The notes beneath the pieces are model-generated. The model worked only from the letters and a program-made list of their open reading frames with translations, was not told the origin of the DNA and made no database searches. Source: Deinococcales bacterium (GTDB taxonomy: Bacteria > Deinococcota > Deinococci > Deinococcales > JAAFIG01). From it: 64,000 bases of DNA. Below are positions 24,088 to 37,501 of the stretch, in pieces. The DNA is taken from contig JAYWGM010000092.1 in NCBI GenBank assembly GCA_043778225.1, positions 4,842 through 68,841 of the forward strand, written 5' to 3'. The first letter of the stretch is position 1; each line of letters starts with the position of its first letter. The translations under genes were made by a program, and so were the position numbers.

Positions 24088-27048
24088 ATGCCAAAGGTGG
24101 TCAAGCCGCGCAAAGTTGCGGTCAAGCCAAGTCAAATTTCTGAAATAGAGGTCGTTCCAAAAACCAAACGGCGCAAACTGGTTGCTCCATTGGTTGAGAT
24201 TTTGGTGCAGCCTGAACCAGTGCAGCTTGCAGTCCCAAGCGAGCCAGTCAAAAAAGGGCGACCCAAAAAGGCAGTGGTTAGCCAACCCGAGCCAGAGCCA
24301 GTTGTGTTGCTCGAGCCAGAGCCTGTTATTTTGCCCGAGCCAGAGCCAGTTCTCGAGCCAACTGTGGAAGCTTTACAAAAAGCGCCAGCCAAAACTCGTG
24401 GCAGACCCAAAAAAGTTTTGGTTGCGGCAAATCTGCCCGAAGTTGTTAAGCCCAAAGCTCGAGGTCGGGCTGCCAAACTTGCTGTTGTCATAACTCCAAG
24501 TGTTGAACTTCTTGAACCGCTCGAGCCAGCCCGAAATCCTGAAACGCTTGAAGTCATTCCAGATGCCCCAGTTGCCCCAAAGTTGGTGCGTTTACGGCGT
24601 GAAGCTCGAGAACACGTTTTTTCACATCAGGGCGCGTTGTACAACCCATTTGAAGCCTTGCTTGAGCATTTTCGAGCCACGCCTAGTGGCTTCAACAGCC
24701 GCGAGTTGGCGGCAGACCTCGACCAAGCCTTGCTTGACCGCCTTGGTGGACGCAAAGGACTCGAGGAAGCGATTGCCAACTTGGAGCGCAGTGGTTATTT
24801 GATTGCTCCCAAGCGGGGTATTCACCAATCAAGCCGAGAATTTGTGCCAACCGTCGGGCGGCTCGAGCTTCGCAGTGATGGTTCTGGCTGGTTTACGCCA
24901 GACACGCCGGGTTTGCGTTCGATGTTGATTCCCAAAGGCTCGCTGTTGTTTGCTTGGCACGGTGACCGCGTGGTGGCACGTGAATTGCGCCGCAATGGAC
25001 AAAGCGAAGGCGAAGTTATTCGGGTGCTTGAACGTGCCAGAAATTCTTTGACGGGGACTTTGGAACACCAGCGCGGCTATGCACTTTTGCGCCCCGACGA
25101 AAGCCATTTGCCAAGCATCGCGCTCGAGTCTGATGGGCTCAGTTCAGGAACACGCTTGGTTGCTACGCTGGTCTACCCAGAAGATTCTGGCGAAGACGAG
25201 GCGCTGGCTCGAGTTAAGAATGTGCTGGGCGATGCCAGTTCGCTCGAGTCTGAACGGGCGGCGGTGATTGCTCGTTTTGGGCTACCCGAGACATTCCCCG
25301 AGGTCGCCCAAAAACAAGCCCTAAAACTTGGTTCGATGACTGCCAAAGACCTCAAAGGACGAATTGACCTGCGTGGCAAACGGGTTTATGCCCTAAGTGG
25401 TCTGGAGATGGCATTGCAAATCGAGCCGCTTGGCAATGGCAATGTGCTTTTGGCAGTCCACTATGCCGATGCTGCCCATTGGATAGATGAGGCTACGCCG
25501 CTCGAGGCAGCCATGTTTGAGCGCGGTGCAGCCTGTCATTTACAAGGTCAAAACCTAGCATTGTTCCCGCAAAACCTGCTTCAGACCATGCAGTTTGTGG
25601 TCAATACCGAGCGTTTGGCGCTGTCAGTCTTAATCGAAACCAGCAACACTGGCAATTTAGTCAACTATGTGGTGCGTCCTAGTGTGATTGGCGTGGTTGG
25701 ACTTTTGGGCAACGCGACCGAAACAGAACAAGCCCTGATTACCCAAATTGGCGGTTTAGAAAGCGCTCTGACGCTGGCAACTCGACTTTGCGCCGCCACA
25801 ATCACTGCTTCGGATGTGATGGCGTTGTACCGTGTGGCTGGCGAAACCAGCCCCGAACTCCCATCGGCACTTGAGCGCTCGAGTGGTTTTGACCCAGCCA
25901 GTGTGGTGATTAAAACCTTGCGTCAAAAATTAACCCAGCCCAGCACCTTAAAAGCCATTCACTCAGCCACAGCAACCGAAGGGTTAAGCCTCACAAGCCC
26001 ATTGACTCGAGCGGCTGATTTTATCAACATTCGGATTTTATCGTGGTGCGCTACTAAACTCTCGATTCGCAAGCGCCAACAATTGCTCGAAACCTTGCCA
26101 AGCCTTGCCACTAATTTGGCGCGTCTCGAGCAACGGGCATTGGCTAGCGAACAGAACCTCGAACAATTTCGGGCTATTCAAAATCTCACCCAAACCTATC
26201 CTCTGCGCGGTGTGGTGGTTGCGATTAACGAATTTGCCCTCGAAATCGTTCTCGAGAATGGTGCAGTTGGTCAATTAGCGCTCGAAGATTTGGGTGAAGA
26301 AGCCACCTATTCGCCTAACCAATGGAAAACCCGTCTCGGCAGGGTCTTTAAGCCGGGTAGCATCGTGCGTGTGGTCGTAGAAAAAACCCGACCCGCCACC
26401 CGCGAGGCACAACTTGCCTTGCATCAAAAGGAGTCCCATATGAGCAGATTGCGCCGCCGTAAACCGGGCGCAAACGCCAGCAGCACCACCCCAGGTGTAA
26501 AGCCGAGCGTAGGCAAAACAGTAGCTCGTCGTGGTGTGGTTGTTTTAGGCAACCGCCCCCGAGCCGAATATCCGCGTCCCGTCCGAATTACCGCCCGTAA
26601 ATTGTATTTTGGTGAATGGAGCAAAGAGCGCTTTGCCGAACTCGAGGGCGACAACCCCGAATTTGAGATGGCACGCCCAGCCCCACGCCCAAATCGTCCA
26701 CTGCCCAAAGGTAATGCCGAAGTGCGAGGCAACCGTCCGCACGAACCGCGTCCGCCTCGCCCGCCCCAAGCCAATCAGCCCCGCCCCGAGGCAGCGCCAG
26801 CCGCTCAGCCGCGCCGTGCGCCCCACCCCCATGCTGCCCAACCAGACACAGCCCGCAACTCGAGAATCGAAGCCCTGCGCCAACGCCAGATGCAAGCCCT
26901 CGAGCGCAATGCCAACCGCGCCCAGAGCGCCCCAGCCCCAGTCACTGCTGTAATCCCAGTCGCCCTCGAGACCAGCGAAGCCAGCCCTGTCAACAGCAAA
27001 CCCGCCTACCGCTCACGCCGTCGCCCAAACCGTACTTCAGCCGCTTAA
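24088..27048 (+). CDS. RNase II/R-family protein with a degenerate catalytic centre, AT-hook-like N-terminus and Arg/Pro-rich tail
   Basis: RNase R architecture (CSD-like, RNB-like 'LAVHYADAAHWI' and 'TSPLTRAADF', then an S1-like 'GVVVAINEFALEIVLENGAVGQL'). The motif-I Asp cluster is absent ('VYALSGLEMALQIE'). The N-terminus has GRPKK repeats. A strong SD at 23987-23992 suggests a possible upstream ATC/ATT start. Confidence 0.7.
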   Translation: MPKVVKPRKVAVKPSQISEIEVVPKTKRRKLVAPLVEILVQPEPVQLAVPSEPVKKGRPKKAVVSQPEPEPVVLLEPEPVILPEPEPVLEPTVEALQKAPAKTRGRPKKVLVAANLPEVVKPKARGRAAKLAVVITPSVELLEPLEPARNPETLEVIPDAPVAPKLVRLRREAREHVFSHQGALYNPFEALLEHFRATPSGFNSRELAADLDQALLDRLGGRKGLEEAIANLERSGYLIAPKRGIHQSSREFVPTVGRLELRSDGSGWFTPDTPGLRSMLIPKGSLLFAWHGDRVVARELRRNGQSEGEVIRVLERARNSLTGTLEHQRGYALLRPDESHLPSIALESDGLSSGTRLVATLVYPEDSGEDEALARVKNVLGDASSLESERAAVIARFGLPETFPEVAQKQALKLGSMTAKDLKGRIDLRGKRVYALSGLEMALQIEPLGNGNVLLAVHYADAAHWIDEATPLEAAMFERGAACHLQGQNLALFPQNLLQTMQFVVNTERLALSVLIETSNTGNLVNYVVRPSVIGVVGLLGNATETEQALITQIGGLESALTLATRLCAATITASDVMALYRVAGETSPELPSALERSSGFDPASVVIKTLRQKLTQPSTLKAIHSATATEGLSLTSPLTRAADFINIRILSWCATKLSIRKRQQLLETLPSLATNLARLEQRALASEQNLEQFRAIQNLTQTYPLRGVVVAINEFALEIVLENGAVGQLALEDLGEEATYSPNQWKTRLGRVFKPGSIVRVVVEKTRPATREAQLALHQKESHMSRLRRRKPGANASSTTPGVKPSVGKTVARRGVVVLGNRPRAEYPRPVRITARKLYFGEWSKERFAELEGDNPEFEMARPAPRPNRPLPKGNAEVRGNRPHEPRPPRPPQANQPRPEAAPAAQPRRAPHPHAAQPDTARNSRIEALRQRQMQALERNANRAQSAPAPVTAVIPVALETSEASPVNSKPAYRSRRRPNRTSAA

Positions 27049-27057
27049 AGTGGTCAA

Positions 27058-27092
27058 ATGACAAACACCAAGTTGGTGTTTGTCATTTTTAA
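27058..27092. terminator. rho-independent terminator
   Basis: Perfect 13-bp stem ATGACAAACACCA/TGGTGTTTGTCAT with a 3-nt loop and a T-run. Confidence 0.8.
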
Positions 27093-27105
27093 TTTTGGGA
27101 TAGAT

Positions 27106-27642
27106 TTAGCTTTTTTTCTTTATGGTTTTCTCAACAGTGCGTAACACTTCACGCCAGTCTATGTTTTTCGCCAGTTGTTTGCCCTGCTCGAGCAGTGTTT
27201 GGTTGAGTTGGTTCTCGAGTGGTGGCAATTCTGGTCGTCGGGCGCGAAAATAGCGCTCTGCCACAGCCCCCAAAGCAAAAGTGCTGGCGTAGACCATCGG
27301 GGTATTTAGAACCATGCCCAAGACTGGAATGGCTTTTAAGGCGCTTCTCGAGGCAATGCGGCTGGCATAACTCAGTGCCACCGTACCCGCCAACTCGAGC
27401 GCGATTTCTTTGGCACGTTCTTTGGTCAGCGCAAAGCCATAAATCTCGCCGATTTCCCAAACCATTTTGATGTGCAACGGCAAAATCACGGCTAGGTCCA
27501 AAAATGGCACTGGCTCGAGCGAAATTCCCGCGCACCAGAGGGCGCGTTGCTGAATCAGGCGCTGGCTTTCTTGGTGTTCTTGGCTGCCAGTAGCGATATT
27601 CAGCACCGTGACTTTTTGGTCGTAAAGCTCGAGTTCATTCAT
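27106..27642 (-). CDS. DUF697 domain protein
   Basis: 'EPVPFLDLAVILPLHIKMVWEIGEIYG' matches the DUF697 'P.P..D...l...Q..Mv..ia..YG' pattern. Confidence 0.55.
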   Translation of the reverse strand: MNELELYDQKVTVLNIATGSQEHQESQRLIQQRALWCAGISLEPVPFLDLAVILPLHIKMVWEIGEIYGFALTKERAKEIALELAGTVALSYASRIASRSALKAIPVLGMVLNTPMVYASTFALGAVAERYFRARRPELPPLENQLNQTLLEQGKQLAKNIDWREVLRTVEKTIKKKS

Positions 27643-27691
27643 AATTCTATATTACGCGCCCAAAGCCAGATGAGTTGCAAGTCTCTACAAC

Positions 27692-28036
27692 TTAAATTTC
27701 TTTATCGTCTGGGGTTGGAGGGGCTGCGCCGACTTGAATCAGCATCGCAATGGCAATCATGCTCAGACCAGCCACCGCCAAAGCCGGAAAAGGACTGCCT
27801 TGAATCATCCGAATCATAAAAAAGATTGCTAAAAAGCCACTGACCGCAAAGCCAAGTGGACGCGCCCATTTTGCTTCTTGGGCGAGACCATAGCCAGATA
27901 AAGCGGCAAGGCTACCAAAAATTCCACCAGTCACCAAAGAAATCAGGCTGCCCGAAGTCATCAGCCCAATAAACCCAGCAATCAGCACCACCACGCCGTA
28001 GAGCATCATGTATCTGGCGGGAGTAATTTTTTTCAT
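27692..28036 (-). CDS. small 4-TM membrane protein (TMEM14/UPF0136-like)
   Basis: 114 aa with four hydrophobic Gly-rich helices. There is a 4-nt overlap with the upstream peptidase gene. Confidence 0.5.
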   Translation of the reverse strand: MKKITPARYMMLYGVVVLIAGFIGLMTSGSLISLVTGGIFGSLAALSGYGLAQEAKWARPLGFAVSGFLAIFFMIRMIQGSPFPALAVAGLSMIAIAMLIQVGAAPPTPDDKEI

Positions 28037-29238
28037 GGTGTCTCGATCTGTTTAATTGCGGCTTCGAGCAAGGGGTCAGTGCCTTTGGTCAGGGCTTGGA
28101 GGTCGTCCTTGATGGCTAAATCTGGAATTATTTTCTCTAATAAAGGTTCTTCGGAAGGGTATAAATGGCGAATCACCGCCAAACGCAATTCGCTGCCCTC
28201 GAGTAAACGCAATGGTAGGGTCGCATATTTTGAACGTCCAGCCGTGGATTCACCAATAAATTTGGTGTACGAAGCCCGTTGCCACGCCAAGCCCATGACT
28301 TCGGCAGCACTCGAGGTCTGGTTATTGACCAAGACAACCACTTTGCCCGTAAATACACTTGGAAACTCGAGTGTAACTTTGTTGCTGTTGCCAATTGCCT
28401 CGAGCATCCCATTTTTTAAGGTATAGGTCAGAATGCCAACTCTGGAGCGCATTTTAAGCACTTCACCTTGGAAAAAAGCACTCAGTGTTAGCAGCGTTTC
28501 GTCAAGGTAGCCACCGGTGTTGAAGCGCAAATCTAAAACCAAACTTTTTGCACCGCGAGACACCAAATTCGAGAGCAAATTATGGACTTTTTGGGCTGTG
28601 CCAATGGCTTTGAAACTTGGAATACGAACATAGGCTGTGCCATGCTCGAGTAATTTTCCTTCTGGACTCAGTAGCCCCATCAGCAACCCCGAAGCTGGAA
28701 CAACTGTTAAATCAAAAACTTGCCCAGCCCGCTCGAGCCGTAACACCACAGGTGTGGCATCTGGAAAAGTGTTTTGTGAAACCGACCACGGCTTATTTTC
28801 GCGGCTCATGCTTAGGATTTTATCGCCGCGCTTGAGACCCATTTCTGCCGCACTCGAGCCAGCCAATACACGATAAACAATGTTCTCGCGCAATTCTATG
28901 CCAAGCCCAAAGCGGGTATCCAGACTGGCATCGCCAAGTTGCTCGAGTCGAATGCGCTCAAGGTCTGGCAGCGCCACAAAGCTCGAACTGGCATCGAGGT
29001 TTTGGGTGATGCGTTTGAGGTCATCATAGATTTTGATTGCAGCGCAAGTTGCTTCTGTGCCACAGCGTTCTTGCAAGGCGTTTTGGACTCGGGTTTTAAG
29101 GCTACTGACATCGAGCGTATCAGCATCCACATGGTATTCGGTCACAAACTCGAGGTATTGTTTGACCAAATCACTGGCAGGCGAAGCCGCCGCCACCGAG
29201 CCGAATAAAAACCAGACCAGAAAGAAAATTTTGAACAT
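28033..29238 (-). CDS. S41-family (C-terminal processing) peptidase
   Basis: Signal peptide, a PDZ-like segment, 'DLRFNTGGYLDE' and 'VLVNNQTSSAAEV' (catalytic Ser region). Confidence 0.8.
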   Translation of the reverse strand: MFKIFFLVWFLFGSVAAASPASDLVKQYLEFVTEYHVDADTLDVSSLKTRVQNALQERCGTEATCAAIKIYDDLKRITQNLDASSSFVALPDLERIRLEQLGDASLDTRFGLGIELRENIVYRVLAGSSAAEMGLKRGDKILSMSRENKPWSVSQNTFPDATPVVLRLERAGQVFDLTVVPASGLLMGLLSPEGKLLEHGTAYVRIPSFKAIGTAQKVHNLLSNLVSRGAKSLVLDLRFNTGGYLDETLLTLSAFFQGEVLKMRSRVGILTYTLKNGMLEAIGNSNKVTLEFPSVFTGKVVVLVNNQTSSAAEVMGLAWQRASYTKFIGESTAGRSKYATLPLRLLEGSELRLAVIRHLYPSEEPLLEKIIPDLAIKDDLQALTKGTDPLLEAAIKQIETP

Positions 29239-29293
29239 CGTGCGCCTATTCTGCCCTAAAACCAGGCTCGACTCAAGAGGGTAGACTTATTCT

Positions 29294-29992
29294 ATGCTCG
29301 AGGACACTTGGAATCTAGTTCGATTAGGCTTAGGCGCATTGTCGCGCCCTGCGGTTCAGGTACTCAATACCAGCCAATTTGAAATGACTGCCGCAGTGGC
29401 ACTTGAACTGGCAAAAGATGGTCACTTTAAGCGCTTATCTCAAGCTAAATTTGTCGTTCCAGCCGACCGAAACGAGGCTCGAGCCTTTTGGATGAACCTT
29501 TATAATGCCCAGACTCTGCACGCCATGCAGCAAGCCCAAATTAAGGATACGGTGCTTGAATCGTTGGGCTTTTATGCTCGGTTTGCTTATTTGGTCAATG
29601 GCTTGGTTTTTAGCCTTAACGACATCGAACATGGTGTGCTGCGTGAAAATCGGGCTGGTTTAGGCAGAATGCCCTTTGCCAAGACCGACCCCCGAGCCGC
29701 CTATACCTTGCCACTCGAGCCTCGAATTCATTTTGCGCTCAATTGTGGAGCGCTGTCTTGTCCGCCAATTCGGGTCTATGTCGGCAGTCAACTCGAGGCA
29801 CAGCTTGAACTTGCGACCGCCAGTTATTTGCAAGATTGTCGGCTCGAGAACAACGTCGTCTGGTTGCCAAGGCTTTTATCGTATTACCCACACGATTTTG
29901 GGCAGCCACTCGAGTTTGTACGGCGTTATCGCTCAGACTTACCAGCCACGGCTCGAGTTAAGTATTTGCCGTATTCTTGGAAAAAACTTTAG
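29294..29992 (+). CDS. DUF547 domain protein
   Basis: 'AFWMNLYNAQTLH' and 'HFALNCGALSCPPIRVY' are DUF547 signatures. TAGACT lies 6 nt before the ATG. Confidence 0.75.
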   Translation: MLEDTWNLVRLGLGALSRPAVQVLNTSQFEMTAAVALELAKDGHFKRLSQAKFVVPADRNEARAFWMNLYNAQTLHAMQQAQIKDTVLESLGFYARFAYLVNGLVFSLNDIEHGVLRENRAGLGRMPFAKTDPRAAYTLPLEPRIHFALNCGALSCPPIRVYVGSQLEAQLELATASYLQDCRLENNVVWLPRLLSYYPHDFGQPLEFVRRYRSDLPATARVKYLPYSWKKL

Positions 29993-30037
29993 TATTGTCA
30001 CAAAAATGTCATCTCAACTTTCATAAAAAGCCCTACA

Positions 30038-30778
30038 ATGATATTCACCGTGAAAGCCATTCTCGAGACCGTTTCACACGATAAGTGCCATGTCATTCAT
30101 GACCTTGCGGCTGCCAGTTTTTTGACTGACCCCCGCACCAGTGTGTTGATAGAGCCATTTATTGAGCAAGAAAGCACGATTACGGGTGCAGCCGAGCGGG
30201 TTGGAATCTCGAGTTTACGAATGTTTCGGGCGGTGCAGCGCATGGAAAACCTTGGTTTGATTCGGGTCTCCAAAGCCACCCCTCGGCGCGGACGACCCCA
30301 AAAGCACTATCGGGCGGTGGCAGACCGATTTTTTGTGCCGTACAACACCATCAGTTCGGACACCCTCGAGGACTTTTTACTCGAGCAAGATGACCGTGTG
30401 CGCCGGGTGTTGTTTCGTTGCCTAGCCGCCCATATGCACGAAATTCTAGGCGATGAATCCCAACCCGGACGGGTGATTCGCCGTGCGGCTGGCACACTCG
30501 AGCAAATCGGCAGAATCGAAGCCTATTCGGTGGCAAACTTAGGCGAAGCCAATGCCGAGAAGCCCAAGCCGCTCCTCTCGAGTGAACACAGCCTAGGCTG
30601 GAGCGATTATGCTGCCCTGACGCTTGACCGTGAATCGGCACTCGAGTTGCGCCGCGAATTGACGACCCTGTTTGCCAAGTACGCTAAGCCGCGTGGCAAG
30701 CAACAATTCTTGTTTCGCAGTGGGCTAACCCCAGTCCGTGAATCGCTGGCAGATTTGCTTGATAAACCTAAACGGTAG
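30038..30778 (+). CDS. putative winged-helix transcriptional regulator
   Basis: 'ITGAAERVGISSLRMFRAVQRMENLGLIRV' is an HTH-like segment. The remainder is uncharacterised. Confidence 0.45.
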   Translation: MIFTVKAILETVSHDKCHVIHDLAAASFLTDPRTSVLIEPFIEQESTITGAAERVGISSLRMFRAVQRMENLGLIRVSKATPRRGRPQKHYRAVADRFFVPYNTISSDTLEDFLLEQDDRVRRVLFRCLAAHMHEILGDESQPGRVIRRAAGTLEQIGRIEAYSVANLGEANAEKPKPLLSSEHSLGWSDYAALTLDRESALELRRELTTLFAKYAKPRGKQQFLFRSGLTPVRESLADLLDKPKR

Positions 30779-30876
30779 ATTGTCGGTCTGCCAAAGTACG
30801 TTATTCTCAGAATTCTGGCAGTACAATACCAGAGCTGACGCTACTAAAGCGTCTTGAATTTTGGAGGAAAACGCTA

Positions 30877-31239
30877 ATGGGTAAATATATCAACTTAACC
30901 GACGCTGATTTTGAACAACAAATCTCGAGTGGCTTAACCCTTGTGGATTTTTGGGCAGAATGGTGTCCGCCGTGCAAAGCCGTTGCACCGACCATCGAAA
31001 AACTGGCAGAAGAATACGAAGGGCAGGTCACTGTCGCTAAAATGGACATTGACTCAAATCAGCAGACTCCCCCAAAATTTCGTATTATGAGTATCCCGAC
31101 AGTGATTCTGTTTAAGGATGGTCAGCCTGTAGAATTTTATACAGGCGCGGACATGAGCGGCAATAAATACCGTGCCATGATTGCTAAGCACAACATCGTC
31201 AGCCCAGCCACTGAAAAAACCTTGCAGCCCACAGCTTAG
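30877..31239 (+). CDS. trxA: thioredoxin (CPPC active site)
   Basis: 'LVDFWAEWCPPCKAVAPTIE...FRIMSIPTVILFKDG' is a thioredoxin fold with WCPPC in place of WCGPC. Confidence 0.85.
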   Translation: MGKYINLTDADFEQQISSGLTLVDFWAEWCPPCKAVAPTIEKLAEEYEGQVTVAKMDIDSNQQTPPKFRIMSIPTVILFKDGQPVEFYTGADMSGNKYRAMIAKHNIVSPATEKTLQPTA

Positions 31240-31247
31240 GCTCGAGC

Positions 31248-31748
31248 CTAGAAAGTCCTTCCAGACTTATACTCTGGAAGGTTTTCTTTTGGTTGGTGCA
31301 GCACTTCTTGCAGTTCCTCGAGCCAAAAAGGTTCTCGAATCAGGCTTCTGGCAGCTTGAAAGATGATCGTTTGTGGTTTGCTGTGTTCATCGAGATACTT
31401 GATATAAACGGTCTTTGGTCGGGTGATACTCGATAACTTGGTTGTCTGAATCGTGATAATGTTCTGAAAACGAATGGTTTTTTGTAACCCAAGGCGCGAA
31501 ATGACAAACGACTGTTTACCGCGCTGAACGTGATAAAGACTGAATGTGTACCAAAGTGCATAGATTGCGATGACGCTAAAAATAGCCACCATAAACCAAC
31601 GCTCTTGTGGTGTTGCTAAACGCCTCAATACCCCACGCCCAGTGGTTAGGGCTGGAGATGTGGCAAAATAAATGGTCAGTGCCAGAAATCCAAAGCCAAT
31701 CAGTCTTAAAAAGTCGGTCAGGCGAGTCGAAATTCTTTGCATGACCAC
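31248..31748 (-). CDS. membrane protein (two N-terminal TM helices, PH-like C-terminal region)
   Basis: 166-aa ORF with hydrophobic segments 'LIGFGFLALTIYF' and 'WFMVAIFSVIAIYALWY'. No known motif. Confidence 0.45.
   Translation of the reverse strand: MVMQRISTRLTDFLRLIGFGFLALTIYFATSPALTTGRGVLRRLATPQERWFMVAIFSVIAIYALWYTFSLYHVQRGKQSFVISRLGLQKTIRFQNIITIQTTKLSSITRPKTVYIKYLDEHSKPQTIIFQAARSLIREPFWLEELQEVLHQPKENLPEYKSGRTF
31257..31290 (+). terminator. rho-independent terminator after trxA
   Basis: Stem CCTTCCAGA/TCTGGAAGG with a 7-nt loop, followed by TTTTCTTTT. Confidence 0.7.
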
Positions 31749-31768
31749 ACTGTAGCAACAAAAAGTTA

Positions 31769-35238
<3,470 letters not shown>

Positions 35239-35242
<4 letters not shown>

Positions 35243-35523
35243 GTCAAATTAAATTGGATGTCAAAGTTGTCCTAAATGATCAACATTGGGTTCAAGCTCC
35301 AAATGGCGATGTCTTGTACATGATGAATGTTAAAACGGGCAAATACTTGTACCTGAACGAAGTTGCCACTGAAATTTGGCGGCATATTAAAACCCCAATT
35401 ACGGTTCAAGAAATCTGCTTAAAACTCGAGGCGGCTTTTGATGTGGATGCAGCCCAGTGCCAAAATGAAGTGATTGGTTTTTTGAATAAACTCAAGCAAG
35501 AAGGCAATCTCGAGATTTGCTAA
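35239..35523 (+). CDS. PqqD-family lasso peptide chaperone (B1 / RRE)
   Basis: 94 aa; 'YMMNVKTGKYLYLNEVATEIWRHIKTPITVQEICLKLEAAFDVD...VIGFLNKLKQEGNL' is the PqqD/RRE pattern. Confidence 0.85.
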
Positions 35524-37446
35524 ATGAGTGGAATTTACGGGGTGGTGCGTTTTGATGGTAAACCCATTAACCAAGACTTGGCTGCCATGCAAGCGGCAAT
35601 GGCGCATTGGGGAATGGACGGGCATAGACACTGGCTGGATGACTCAGTGGCATTTGGACAGGCATTACTAAAAACCACGCCAGAAGCCAGTTTTGAACAG
35701 TTACCAAGGTTGGTCTGTGGTGGGACGGCTGTTTTAACGGCGGCGGCTCGGCTTGATAATCGGGTTGAATTAGCCAAAGAATTGGGTTTAGACCTAAGTC
35801 AACAAGTTATTACCGCCGATGGAACTTTGGTGGCACTGTCTTTTGAAAAATGGGGTCAGGATTGCGTGCATCGGTTGCTTGGCGATTGGGCTTTTGCGGT
35901 TTGGAATAAGAATCAGCGCAGTCTTTTTTTGGCTCGAGACCATTTTGGGAACACTGGACTGCATTTTTGTTTGTGGCAGGATGGTTTTGCTTTTTCTTCA
36001 GGCATTGAAGGGATTCTTGCACTAGAGGATGTTCAGCCAAAAATCAATCAGCCACGAATTGTTGCGTTGCTGACTTTGGCAGTAGAAGATAGCTCGAGTA
36101 CCTATTACGAAAATATTTTCCGCTTAGAAACAGCCCATAGCCTAACTTTGCAAAATCAGAAACTGCATTTTAAACGGTACTGGAAACTCGAGGAAACACC
36201 GCAACTTAAATTGGGTTCAGATGCCGAGTATGTTGAAGCATTTGTCTCCATTTACAAAACAGCCGTCCATGACCGAATGCGCTCGAGTCGTCCAATTGCC
36301 AGTACCCTTTCGGCTGGGCTGGATTCTGGGGCGGTCACGGCATTTGCCGCCGAGTTGTTGCGTGGGCGCGGTCAAGAACTGACCGCGTTTACTTCTGTGC
36401 CAGTGTACCCAACCTTTGATTTGGTGCAACGTGGAATTGCCAATGAATGGGATTTGGCGCATCAGTCGGCACAATGGATTGGCAATGTCAAACACATGGC
36501 TTTACCTGCCGATAATTGGACACCACTGGCTGGTATTCGGCAAGCAACAAAAATTCTGCAAGAACCCGAATTTGCGACTGGCAACAGTTACTGGATTCAA
36601 GCCTTGTTATCAGAACTTCGTCAGCAAGGTTTTGGGGTTTTACTGACAGGGCAGTGCGGAAACTTAGCCGCTTCTTGGGAAGGTGGTATGTACCGTACTT
36701 GGTCGGCTTTGCGTCAAGGTCAGCTTGGGTTAGTGTTTGGGCAGTTGCGTTCTGGGGCAATACAACGCCATTCTTGGACTCGAGCCGTGCTGGGTGAAAT
36801 TGCCAAACCCGCTTTTTTATCGCTTCAAGCCCATTGGCTACAATTGACTCGAGCGCCACAAAAACCGTATTGGACTAAACATTCGGTGATTTCACCAATT
36901 CTGGTGCATCAACTTAAACTTCTCGAGCCAAGCCAATATAAATTTAGTATTTCAGAGCAACCTTTTTTGTATTCGGTTAAGCAGCAATTACGGCAAGTTG
37001 TTTCTATTCCGACTCGACTAGGGGCGACTTGGCACACCATGGGAGCAGGCTATGGACTCGAGGTGCGTGACCCAACGATGGACAAACGCTTACTCGAATT
37101 TTGTTTTTCAATTCCGCTAGGGCAGTTTTCTGGCGCGGGTCATGACCGTTGGCTGATGCGTCGGGCTGTGCAGGGTCTATTACCGCCAGCCGTACAATGG
37201 AACACCAAGCGTGGTCAGCAAGGAAAAGACATTGGGCAACGGCTTTTGGCTTCTCGAGATGAGGTCGAAGAATTGCTGGAGCGTTTAAGCTCGAGTCAGA
37301 GTACAAGGTATTTGAATGTTCATAAAGTAAAAAATGCTTGGATTCGTTTGCAGCAAGAACAAGTCAATCCCGCTCAGGAAGACGGAATTATGATTTTGGG
37401 GGCTTTGGGTTTGGGGTTGTTTTTAGAACAGGCAGAGATACGATAA
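35524..37446 (+). CDS. asparagine synthetase-like lasso peptide cyclase (C)
   Basis: N-terminus 'MSGIYGVV' (Ntn-like but lacking Cys2) and the PP-loop 'STLSAGLDSGAVTA'. 640 aa. Confidence 0.85.
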   Translation: MSGIYGVVRFDGKPINQDLAAMQAAMAHWGMDGHRHWLDDSVAFGQALLKTTPEASFEQLPRLVCGGTAVLTAAARLDNRVELAKELGLDLSQQVITADGTLVALSFEKWGQDCVHRLLGDWAFAVWNKNQRSLFLARDHFGNTGLHFCLWQDGFAFSSGIEGILALEDVQPKINQPRIVALLTLAVEDSSSTYYENIFRLETAHSLTLQNQKLHFKRYWKLEETPQLKLGSDAEYVEAFVSIYKTAVHDRMRSSRPIASTLSAGLDSGAVTAFAAELLRGRGQELTAFTSVPVYPTFDLVQRGIANEWDLAHQSAQWIGNVKHMALPADNWTPLAGIRQATKILQEPEFATGNSYWIQALLSELRQQGFGVLLTGQCGNLAASWEGGMYRTWSALRQGQLGLVFGQLRSGAIQRHSWTRAVLGEIAKPAFLSLQAHWLQLTRAPQKPYWTKHSVISPILVHQLKLLEPSQYKFSISEQPFLYSVKQQLRQVVSIPTRLGATWHTMGAGYGLEVRDPTMDKRLLEFCFSIPLGQFSGAGHDRWLMRRAVQGLLPPAVQWNTKRGQQGKDIGQRLLASRDEVEELLERLSSSQSTRYLNVHKVKNAWIRLQQEQVNPAQEDGIMILGALGLGLFLEQAEIR

Positions 37447-37447
37447 A

Positions 37448-37477
37448 TTGCCGTGCCAAAGGTTTTTTGTGTATAAT
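37448..37477 (+). promoter_or_regulatory. dedicated promoter for the precursor gene
   Basis: TTGCCG (37448-37453), an 18-nt spacer, then TATAAT (37472-37477). An AAGGAG SD sits 8 nt before ATG 37502. Confidence 0.55.
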
Positions 37478-37501
37478 GAAACCTATCAAGGAGAAATAGT
37501 A

